A stretch of DNA of 63,909 bases, counting the filler, from Hyphochytrium catenoides (Eukaryota > Protista > Hyphochytriomycota), in NCBI GenBank assembly GCA_900088475.1. It is 11 parts of 11 records of this genome, joined end to end, with 100 filler letters (N's around TTAATTAATTAA, not from the genome) between each part and the next. Parts side by side here need not be neighbours in the genome. Positions count along the whole stretch, not along the records: positions 29,259 to 40,301 come from FLMG01002997.1; positions 40,402 to 44,275 come from FLMG01000584.1; positions 44,376 to 49,690 come from FLMG01004422.1; 8 more parts are not named here. One strand, written 5' to 3'. Made by a program: the position numbers and the translations under genes. Positions 35,888-46,379 of this stretch are shown one piece after another. Numbering within the stretch: the stretch's first letter is position 1; every line of letters begins with the position of its first letter. The notes under the pieces were generated by a model that was given only the letters and a program-made list of their open reading frames with translations, was not told the origin of the DNA and did not search any database.

Positions 35888-37161
35888 CAACGTTATTGCT
35901 GACAAAAACAGCTTCGAAGAGAGGTCACGACGAAGAACACGCTGCTGATGACAAATTGCCGCCAACCAACGATACTACTGCTACTGCTTGTTTGCGAGCT
36001 CTTTCTACCTACTGCTTGTGGTGGTGGAAGAGTTTTTGTGCCGCTTCTTGTTATTTATTAACCATCAACAGTCAAGGTTATGCTCTTTTTAGCGTCCTTC
36101 TGAGAAAGTCATCCATGATCCCTTTGACCAAAGTCATACGGAGTAGATTAGAAGGATAGTCTTGTGATCGTTATGGTTCTGATAATGAGCTCACCCTCCT
36201 CTTCGTCGGGAACGGGGACGTTCATTGTATCATGACATTAGGGTTGTGCGCGGGGCTGGACGTTATCAGGGTAACCACCCTTCCCGACCCCCTCGTGCTG
36301 ATTTATAATTGGCTCTAAAAGTATTTCACTTATTATGGTATAAAGGCTATCAGTGTATGACATTCTGTCTTATTGTACTGTACAGTTACTTCATTCTATT
36401 ATATCCTCTATTTCATTTTTCTGGAGCTTATTGCTACTACTATCGCTACTAANNNNNNNNNNNNNNNNNNNNNNNNNNNNNNNNNNNNNNNNNNNNNNNN
36501 NNNNNNNNNNATGATGAGCGGAGAAGAAGGAGGAGGAGGAGGAGGTGAACCATCAGCAACCATGTCATCATCAGCAACCAAATCATCACCAGCAACCATG
36601 TCAACACCGTCGAGCCCAACCGTCGCGAGACAAGCAAGAGAAGGGTCCACCTGTTCAGGAGGAACGCGCTTCAAGATTTGAAGTGCATTTTCTTCGTGAA
36701 TGGCCAAAGACACTCGCGTATGAAGGCGTAGCCCAAAGCTAAGCGAGACCAAGGACCAAGATGCCGAGAACCATCAAGAGCGGAGCGGCACATTGAAGCT
36801 TCACCAGGTGTCCCACAGAATCAACGACGCCTTGCATAGCTCCCCCAAACGACTCCCAGACGAGCGGAATAAATTGCAGCCCTACAGCCTTACAAGGAAC
36901 CTCATATTTCTTTAGCTTCGCTTTTGTTATTGTAAAAAGTAGTCCTCCTTATTGTACCGAACTCGTCCTTCATTACTTTCTCGGGCATAGATGAAGTGTG
37001 AGTCTTTTTGAGAAATGCTCAAGAACGACGAGCTGACTCAAGCAGCAACAGGATTACGAGCTTAGCAAGGCGCAGATCAAAGCGAGTGAGAGAGGAAGAT
37101 GGACTGACAAGAAGATTGTTCATGAGGAGGAAGTTACTAAGCCTCTGAAGATAGGCTCCTT

Positions 37162-37220
<59 letters not shown>

Positions 37221-38559
37221 CTCTCTCTTTTCCTCTCTCCCTTCCTCCTTTCTTTCTTACTTTCACTGTCTCTTCCCTCTCCTCCACCCTGACCTCTCTC
37301 TTTTCTGTCTCCTCTCGTCCTCTAGACACTTTCCCTTATCGCTTTCTCTCTCTCGTCCTTGTTGATGTCCCTTCTTCCCTTCTCTCTTTCTTCCTCTGGC
37401 CTAGAAGCCTTAACTTGTAATCCCTCCCTGCCTGTCCTTATACCCTCTAGATCTCCCTCTCCCTTTCTTGCTCTCCTCTTTTTTACTCTCTTGCCTCCTC
37501 CTCCTTTGGCCCCTTCTTCTATCCCCCCTTTCTACCCTCTTCCTTTTTTTGCTCTCTCTCTTTGTTTCACTCTCTCTCTCTTTTCTTCCCTCTCTCCCTA
37601 TTGTTCCTTCTCTCGTATTCTCTCTCTCACTCTCACCTCATCGCCTTTCTCGTCTCTGTGTATCTGTAGCTAAACCCTGCTTACCGCGAACATCTGAAGA
37701 GATACAACGGCAGACCATGAGAAAGCGCAAGACGATCATCTCGAGAAGCATAAAAAATGCATCCAAAAGCTTAGAAAAGGCTCTCTCCTCTCGAAAGGAG
37801 AGAACAGAGCTGAGAGAGGAAAGGCTTACAAGGAGAAGAAGAGCCATATCGGATCTTCGCCGTACAATTCTATGGAAGCAGGCGGGAAAGTGAGCTTGGC
37901 ATATCTAAAAAGCCCGACCAAACAAGATAGGTGCCGGTGAGTCCCTCTCTCCTTTTCCTCTTCATCTCTCTGCTTCTGTCTCTCTGTCTTCATTAAACTC
38001 TCTTTCACGCCTGACATCTCCTTTCTCCTCTCCTCGTAGTCAAGTCTCTCTCCAGCACTCTCTGTCCCTCTCTCCTTTGCCCTGTCTCTGTCGCGCTCTG
38101 TCTCTCTGCCTATCTCTTTGTCTCTTTCAATAAATAAGGCTTGTCATTTGTGACGCTGTTCTCTTCTCTCATTCTGTGTTCCCTTTCCCATCTTTCCATT
38201 GCCATCGCTCTTCCTTATCCCGACTCAATGGCTCCTTCGTGGTCCTCCTCGACAACCGGCGTTGCTCTTCACTGCTCCCACCAGGAATCCCTTAGCGCCT
38301 GTTCTCCAAAGATGCATTTGCACAGATTGAAGATGTGCGCGCCGCTCAGCACTCTTTCTCTCTCATGTCTCGTGCATACGGATAACCGTCCTTTTATTTT
38401 GGTAGTTGCTGTTTCTCTCTTTGTCTCTTCGTTCAACCTCCATTGTTGGCAGTCCGGTAGGTGCCGGGCAGAATCCTGTGCAACGGGAGATTTTAGAGAG
38501 AGAAGAACAGACCCACCAATGAAATGAAGCGCTCCTACTACGTGTAGGGCCGTAATATC

Positions 38560-39505
38560 GGATGGCGTTTAGCCAGGTAAATTAAGTTTGCATCCTGGCA
38601 CGACGTAGACTGGCACAAAAACTAGCAGGTCATATCTTACCATGACAACTCTGATGGCAACTCTGGTTGGCACCTACTAGGCTTTCACCTAACCTGGTGA
38701 AACAGAATATCATCTAGCCTAAAGATGGGACTTAGGATGGCCTCAACAATAGCACCTTTTGGCTGGCACCTAGGCGTACGTCGGACTCCTTATCTCGGTC
38801 ATTAGGCTGGCAACGAAGACTGACATATAAGCTGGAACAATAGCTAATGAGTAGCGCTCGCGTGCAGGGTTATGGCACCTAGGCTGCTCATCGTCGGGTT
38901 TAGTGATCTAAAGTAATGTATATGTGTGACTCCTAAGGCTGGTCCTTAGACTGATACCAATGCTACTCATGCGTAGAATCCATCAGTAAAAGTAGTACCT
39001 CGGTTGGCATTCATCCGAGCACCTACGCTGCCACCTACAGCCGGCGCATAAGGCTGGCATGAAGGCTGCTGGGACAAAGAATGGCACTAACATATCTAGG
39101 TTGCTACCTAGGCTGGCTCTCGCCCAATATTCTGGTAGTTAGGGTGGCACCTATGGTTCCTCGCATCAAGACTGGCACCGCAGACTTGGTATCTACGCCG
39201 CGCCTAAGGTCTGCATAAAAGGCAATTCCCCAAGCTGGTGGTATCATTAGGGCCAACACTGAGGTGGTACCTACTAGGTTGGTGCCTCATCCGACGCCTC
39301 TGATAGGCTAGAAGCTAGAGTAGTGCGACCTGTGACTTGCATCAGTACCTGCTTGACAGAGCTGGTTAATATTTGTAGGCGGCTCCTGAGGCTGCTGGGA
39401 TCCAGGATCCTGCTAATTGGTACCTACGGGACAGAGCGAGGCTGGCTCCTCGGGTGGCACCTAAGCTGGCACCTATGGCAGGCACCACTACTGGCTCCTA
39501 GCTGG
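38560..39505 (-). repeat. Decayed 12-bp-period repeat (plus-strand consensus about AGGCTGGCACCT), relic of a PSxQ/PRxQ mucin-like coding repeat
   Basis: Recurrent GGCTGGCACCTA variants; minus strand reads CCT AGG TGC CAG (P-R-C-Q); no long open frame survives. Confidence 0.6.
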
Positions 39506-41604
39506 TAAATATGTTGGCTACGTAGACCTATATGAAAGACGGGTTGAGTTTCCCATCTGCGTCTCTCCTCATCTTCCCTCTCCTCCTGGTCTCAAAACCC
39601 TTCTTATTCTGTTCTCTCTTGCCTCAATGGCTAGACAGCTCTTTGCTTCCTCCTCTTCGTTCCCGGCAAGCTTTCTGTCCTATACTTAGCATACTCTATT
39701 TCTTCCGTGTTTCCGTGAGCCCTAGTCACCGCTGAGATAAACTCACCAACTTCTATTTCCCACCTCTTCCTTTGCTCCCACCTTATCCAACCTCTCCCCT
39801 CTATCACTCTTCTTCGCTTGTTCCTCTCTTCTCTCTCTTTCTCTCTCTCTCTCTGTCTCTCTCTCTCTCTGTCTCTCTCTCTGTCTCTCTCTCTGTCTCC
39901 CTCTCTATTTCCCCTCATATACGTACCACATATACATGACGTAGCGTCTCCTTTTTTCACTAATATTTATTACCCACTTCTTGCTCCAAGCATTCCCTCT
40001 CTTCCTTCCGTCTCTCTCATGCTCTCACTCTGTCCGTTGTCCTTCTACTAGACAATCTCTCCATATATCTTAATCTTATACTCTCCAAGAACGAATATTC
40101 AATGTATGTACCTATACCTATGCTAGGATCATATGAACTTGGTGACCCATACGTTTGCTAAGGTGGGCTGCAACCCCTGTGACCCCCTAGCAATCAAACG
40201 GAGTTAACTATTGCAACTATGGCGGGGGGTCACCGTAGCATTAAGACAGGCTGAGGGTGAAATGTCCTAGGCGGCAGAAGCCTAACAATGCAACAGGAAG
40301 ANNNNNNNNNNNNNNNNNNNNNNNNNNNNNNNNNNNNNNNNNNNNTTAATTAATTAANNNNNNNNNNNNNNNNNNNNNNNNNNNNNNNNNNNNNNNNNNN
40401 NAGTCAATAGGGTTATTTGAGGGATGGCACACGACGCTGATGGGAAGAAAGTGCGCTTGGTCTGCTAAGTTTGAAGGGATGAAACTTAGGAGCACGTGAT
40501 GCACTCCGAATGCCAATAACGACGGTTAGCAACCGGTCAACTGGTCTCAGCCTCCCTTGATGGAGCCCCCTGACAAGCGCGAGCAGTGATTGCTTGCGCG
40601 TTATCAGCAGCAGAGTGTTTTCCTGTTATTAGAGCGTTTGGGTAATGGCTGGGCTGATGTCGAATGTGTCTGCGTACAATGCCTTTATAAAGACAATAGA
40701 AGATGGGATGCAGGAAGATGCCTGGCACTCCTCCCAGAGCAGCAGCTTAACTCTAAGGCTGAGAATGGGCTTTGCCGACTGCTAGAGTGCTTGACGGTCG
40801 ACAGAGGGGATGTTACGAGCTCGGAGTAGCAAGGGAATTCCAAGCCTTCAGGTTCTGCCTAATAATAGAGCGATGGACTGGACTGACGGACTGACACTTT
40901 AGGACTCCTCCTAGCCGCCTCAGCTTGCACGACTAGGCGTATCTAGTCTGACGCTTCACTAAATATAAGAGCGGGAGGAAAGAGAATCTGTCTCTGGGCG
41001 GTGATAAATAAGGCAAGGCCGAGAAGGCTTTGGTTCTTCAGGGGAGGAAATCTACAGACAATCCGGCTCTCTGTGTCTTCAACTCAACTGGGCCTCAGCT
41101 ACCACAATCGGTGCCTCATGCCTTATACTAGCAGATGGTTTGAGCGCACCAAGATCAAAATGAAAAAGCGCTGGCAATTATCCTAACAGTACTAATAACC
41201 TCCGCACAAGGAGCGGTACTCATGAAGGGTGCGTTAAATCGACAGTGGAAGATGTACAACGTGTTGATTGTTTGTGTGTGTTGTACACCCTACCACAGTT
41301 AGAGCCGTTAACGACCAGTCGCGGTTAGCGGTAAGTAGCGTTCTTGTCTGCAATCAGAACTCTTGAATACTAAAAGCTCCGATCGCACAGGGCAATAATC
41401 TGTACATTACTTCTTCCGGGCCTTCCATCAGAAGCTGAATGCATGTCATTGCCGCTGCTCTGTCGTCCTCGTCAAGCTGCAAATATATTAAGCTGCTACG
41501 GGTGACTGGTTCATGTCGACGGGGCTACGTGCTCGCTCCCATCCTCCTGAGCGCATAAGAGAATCGTTTTCCCGTCGTCGTCGGTGGCAGCAGCTGATAC
41601 CGCG

Positions 41605-42866
41605 ATGGCTCATAGATTAGGGAACTTCTTCTCCCTGTTGTCGAGGAGGGCTAGAACTCAAGTCAAGAATACCCTTGAAGGGATTCAAAAAGGTGAAGAT
41701 ATGTGTCTCTTGAGACATAGCACGATGCAACATTCTCACACGGCATTCTGTTAACAGTTGCAGGAGCTGAGATCCCTCGAGATAATACTCTTTGGAAGTT
41801 TGCGTCTACGACCGATCTGGACAAGTTGCAAACGTATGGTGATTATAGAATTGGAGGTGGGATGACATCGACTAGAGCCAGATAATATTGCGTGCTTCTT
41901 GTAGAGAAACGTGCTAACGGGGCTGTTTGCGATACAGGTGGCTCGACATGCGAAGCCAGCTATCAGGAGGATATAATCGATGGCAAGCCTGTTGGTTCAG
42001 GTCAGTAAGGTGCACTGCCCTCATTAGCAACCGCCCAAGTTACTGACCTTGAGCCGCTCTTAGTCCTCTTTAAGGGCAACACAGTCACGGAGCACCCGAA
42101 AGCCGGTGTTAGAAGTGGGTTTGCGGCTATCTATCAACAGGCAAATAAACATATATCACGGACTTCGTCATTTCTAGCCCTAATCTCCTCTTCAGGTGGA
42201 TCTCTCCCATTTCTGGGACCTTGATCTTTACACTGGGATAGAGATGCGAGTTAAAGCAGATGCGCGAAGGTAGGATTCTGTCTCTTGGCAAACTAGGTAC
42301 CGTCCTGACGGAACTTATTTCCTTAGGTACACTCTCAACCTAGTAGTGGACAGCGTGCATGTGGAAGGCATATACCAGGTCAACTACCAGTGGAAGCTCT
42401 GGCTGTTTTACGAGAGAGCTCACATTTCTTTTTCTATTCAGGGCTTCATGCTGACGCCGAGGCCTCTAGAGTGGGTCACAATGCAGGTGAATCGCCGGAG
42501 TCGCGGCACACGTTCGGGATTATAGAACTAATGGGCTCCTTCTTTTATTGCTCGTGACAGATTCGGTTCCAAGATCTCATCCTCACGCAGTCAGGCGAGC
42601 CGAAGAGTGTTCAGTACCCTATAGACCCACGATATATTACGAATGTAAGTTAGCCTGATCTGGTGTACGTGCACGGCCGCGTCTTAACCCACGATACTCT
42701 CGGACATAAGTTTGGTGTCCTGCTTGCTGATGGAAAGGACGGAGACTTTCATTTTCAGATTGCTGATATGAAGGCGATCAAGGAAGTTGATGACAGTTAT
42801 GAATTCATTGATAGTAGCCTGACTGAAGACGAGACACCCAGACCTCTCAGCCGTAAGAGATGGTGA
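41605..42866 (+). CDS. NDUFAF1: Complex I intermediate-associated protein 30 (CIA30/NDUFAF1), ~9 short exons, N-terminal mitochondrial presequence
   Basis: Spliced: MAHRLGNFFSLLSRRAR...LWKFASTTDLDKLQTYGDYRIGGGS...VLFKGN...RSGFAAI...WDLDLYTGIEMRVKADARRYTLNL...EWVTMQIRFQDLILT...FGVLLADGKDGDFHFQIADMKA; almost absent from ORF track; one GC-AG intron (42141-42195). Confidence 0.88.
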
Positions 42867-43272
42867 CGGCACCACGAGTATAAAGGAGATAGAAGGCCTG
42901 ACAGAACCCACAATATTATGATTTTGAATTATGCGATAGTGATAAGGTGCACAAGAGACAGATTGATATTTTGGTTCTGCTAAGAAACTTCTCTCGCCCT
43001 GGGAGTGGTTCACGCACCGCCGCTCGGTAGGCAGTATTTATCGCGGGGTTGCCTGGTCGAGGTTACCGCTAGTATAATGGAGTAAATAGCTATACGGCTG
43101 TAGCTCATAGCATTCCCTAAAAATCTGAGTAAGCGTTGCCCCAATCATCTCCTGTCCGTCGGATTTAGTGGCAGAAGGATCACTCATGCCTACTGTCTAA
43201 CAGCGTGAGTTAGGCTTGGAGTTTTCATCTCCAGGGCGGAAGGGTCCCCCAACACTTTCACCGTCTCGGGCT

Positions 43273-44275
43273 CTAGTCCCCCTGGGACTTCAAGGCAGGC
43301 TCACGAATGACCATGACTCGACATCGGGGACAACCAACGGTGCCGATAAAGATGAAGTCTGCCGGAGGACGAAGGGTTGTGGTGCAAGTGATTTTTACTG
43401 AATTATTGTCTTGACTCTTCGACTCACTTTCCTTAATGTGAGTCCCTAACTCTTTAGCGAGAGTGTTGCCCTTGCCATTGGTCCTACCAGAATGGCGAAG
43501 TGATCCTGGTTGACGATTTCGCCATAGAGAGAAACCCTGCTGACAAAGGAGCGCAAAAGTGCAGGTGTAAAGAGCAGCGACTGTATGACCAACGATGTCG
43601 CCCCGGACGAACAGACAGGGGCCATCCGTACCACAGGCTGGATAGACCAGCCATGGCATTGTCCTGATGAGCCAGTTGACAACGTGATAAGAGTAGAGAA
43701 AGTCCCAGGTGTATCGCTGAACCAGATGGGTTGCCACGGCAACTAGCAGGAAAGAGACGTAACCAAGGACACCGACATCTGGTATTGCACCGTGTGGCAT
43801 GGAGGTCCTCCTAGTCTGCTCTGCGAGACCATTGGCCCCGTAGGCAATGAGCTGAATGATGGCCTCATGGTAGACAACCATACCAAAAGCCTGCCAGCCA
43901 CTAAGCAGTGTCATCAGCGAGCCGGCCAAAATTTCCGCATATGCAGCCCCTAGCACTTGCCGAATGACTGCCAGACCTAAATACCACTTGTTATTGTTTG
44001 CGCAGGTAATTCCTACGGATGAAGCCGTCAATAAGTCAAGCAGATGTAGCCGGTTTCCTCTCCACTTGTCTTCCTCCGCTTTCAAGTCGTCCTCTCCCCT
44101 CCTCCTGTCTACTCCACAGGAGGATGCAACCGATAAGTGCTTTGTTGGGGCCTTTGGAGGTGAAGAAGTACCACTAGAGACAGGAACGATCTGATTGATG
44201 CTTGTTACCCCCTCCACCTCCTTGTTGGGCTCTTTCTGCAGGGTTGCTCTAGAAGCCAGGCATTCACTTCGCAGA
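43273..44275 (-). CDS. Unknown multi-pass membrane protein, C-terminal part (frame open to contig end)
   Basis: More than 330 codons of non-repetitive open frame with several hydrophobic segments (VLGYVSFLLVAVATHLV, IVGHTVAALYTCTFALLC); family not recognised. Confidence 0.65.
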
Positions 44276-44375
44276 NNNNNNNNNNNNNNNNNNNNNNNNN
44301 NNNNNNNNNNNNNNNNNNNTTAATTAATTAANNNNNNNNNNNNNNNNNNNNNNNNNNNNNNNNNNNNNNNNNNNN

Positions 44376-44873
44376 GAGAGCACGGCCAGCACTATCATAG
44401 AGGACAGCATTGCAGTTAGTCTGCATCTTCAAACAGTTGGGTGTGGCGGCTCCGGAGGTCGAGGTCTCCCAAATGGTTTTAAATGTGGCAGTATAATATG
44501 GCTTCTTCTGAAAAAGAAGGTTGTTTTGGGAGGAATCCAATCGCAGTTGCCTCATATCACATAAGAAACAACTACTCTGGAGGAAGTCTGTGCCGCACAG
44601 CTGAACGCCAGCGCTCAATCTGTCGCCGAGACTGCTTCCTAAATGGCGGCGTAAGGTTTGGCTGTCATCTTGTTGCATCTCGTCGCTAATGGCAGAGAAG
44701 TCTTCTGCGGTAGTGGTAGCAAGGGAAGAAGCTACTTCAAATGCGCCGCCCGTCGTGAAAAGTTCATCACCGAAAGTCGGAGCGCCGTTGGCGATGTTGG
44801 CGATGTTGGAAGAGGCCAAAGCCAAAAGGCCGGCTGCAAGGGTAAGAGAGCCTATTTTCTTCATCACAACCAT
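44376..44873 (-). CDS. Secreted protein with bulb-type (GNA-like) lectin domain; 3' truncated
   Basis: Signal peptide MKKIGSLTLAAGLLALASS, pro-region ending LRRHL, then IWETSTSG...CLKMQTNCNAVLYDSAGRAL matching the QxDxNxVxY B-lectin repeat (D replaced by N). Confidence 0.75.
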
Positions 44874-46220
44874 TCTGCAGAGTGAAGTATTTATGTGTTG
44901 ATGACCTTCGTATCGCTACTAAGTAAGGATACTGTCTGTCTGCGTAACCTTAAAGCGCGGCAGGAAGGAGCAGGAGGCGGCCGTTGGGTTTGCCTGTTCT
45001 TCTTGTTGGTGGCGTTTAAGCAGTTACGGATGTTGAATGATTGCGCTTGGCTTGACAAGTTGAGGAATGAAGAGTTTCATCGACAGTGGACGGTGGAGTC
45101 CTACTTCTATGATGAATGCTGCCATCGGTCAAGGTTATTCGTTCCCAGGGGTATAGCAGCTTTCTTGCTCCCATAACCCTCATCTCTCTCTCTCTATCCT
45201 CCTCCTGGTAGTGGCAGGTAGTGAGATAACCTACTCTATGGACGAGGCGGAGGAGGAGGTGAATGAGAAGGAGGGACGGAAGGAAGGAAGAATGATTACG
45301 GCTACGGTGGTGACATACAGAGAGCCGTCAGGACAGAGCGCATTGTCAAGTTGGCAACTGGCAAACGACGAGACGTAAAGCAGCAGAGGCGGCTGGGAAG
45401 GATAAAAGAAGAAGACGAAGCGTGTTAATTTGTCGTCGACGAAACGACATTATTATTGTCTGTCAACAGTAAGGTCAGGAAGACAGTCTGGATTATCAGT
45501 AATAAGATACTCCTTCTCGTCTGACAAGAATGGCTGAGATGAGAGAGGACAGTTCTACTATGATACGCCGCGACTGTTTGCCGAGAAGAGGAAGGAACAG
45601 AAGATTGGATGTGTTGTTGGAGCGAGGCTTCAGCTACTCCTCTGAGAAGCATTTGGTGCTGTGGAGTGCAGAAAGGAAAGAATGGTCGCGATGGGCTTGC
45701 TTCTGAAGCCATGATGGTCAGGGCACTTCACCGAGCGGGACGAAGACAAAGAAGGAGGAGGAAGACAAGAGACAGGAAGAAGGCGACGAGAGGAAGGGGA
45801 AGATGTAGTAGCGAGGAGCCACCACCAGGTGCTGTTGCTCTGCCTGTTCAGCGTTCTCTGCTTGTTATCCCTGCCTGCCGGGGTGGTCAGCTTCTTATTA
45901 ATTGAGGGATGACGAAGGTATGTATCGCCACATACATCAGATGGCAGTTCATCACTCAGTCAGTCAGTCATCAGACTCAGTCAGTCAGTCATCAGACCAC
46001 GCGCGCCGCTGCAGGCAGATAGTGTAGATGATGATGGGGTCCTGATAATTAGCCTGATGCCATAGCCTGATGACTTGACTGACTGATGATGGTCTATCGG
46101 CGGTAGTGAGAGGAGGAGAGGTCTCCCGTCAGTCTGATAACTACTGGGGCCGCCATCATCAGGGGGGACACAGCCGGTCCAGAGGCACAATGGCACAACG
46201 CACAATGCATTTATTCTAAA

Positions 46221-46379
46221 TACTGTAAGCACTTATTCCTGTGATCTTCATTTTTCAAGCCCTTGTGATTCTTACAGTATGGAAACCAAGCAAAACCTCG
46301 TACTGTAGCACTTATTCCTGTGATCTTCATTTTTCAAGCCCTTGTGATTCTTACAGTATGGAAACCAAGCAAAACCTCG
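46221..46379. repeat. Near-perfect 80-bp tandem duplication with internal inverted repeat
   Basis: 46221-46300 and 46301-46379 identical except a 1-nt deletion; ATACTGTAAG...CTTACAGTAT inverted pair. Confidence 0.92.

Noticed and set aside
36511-37893. Short low-complexity and coiled-coil-like ORFs
   Set aside because: No consistent frame or start; probably decayed sequence
40402-41560. Possible minus-strand gene divergent from CIA30
   Set aside because: Exon-like pieces exist but no stop-free model or recognisable homology
45940-46160. CTGATGA motifs as hammerhead ribozyme or C/D-box snoRNA
   Set aside because: No GAAA core or proper stems, and no recognisable rRNA guide; explained by TCAG/TGA simple repeats
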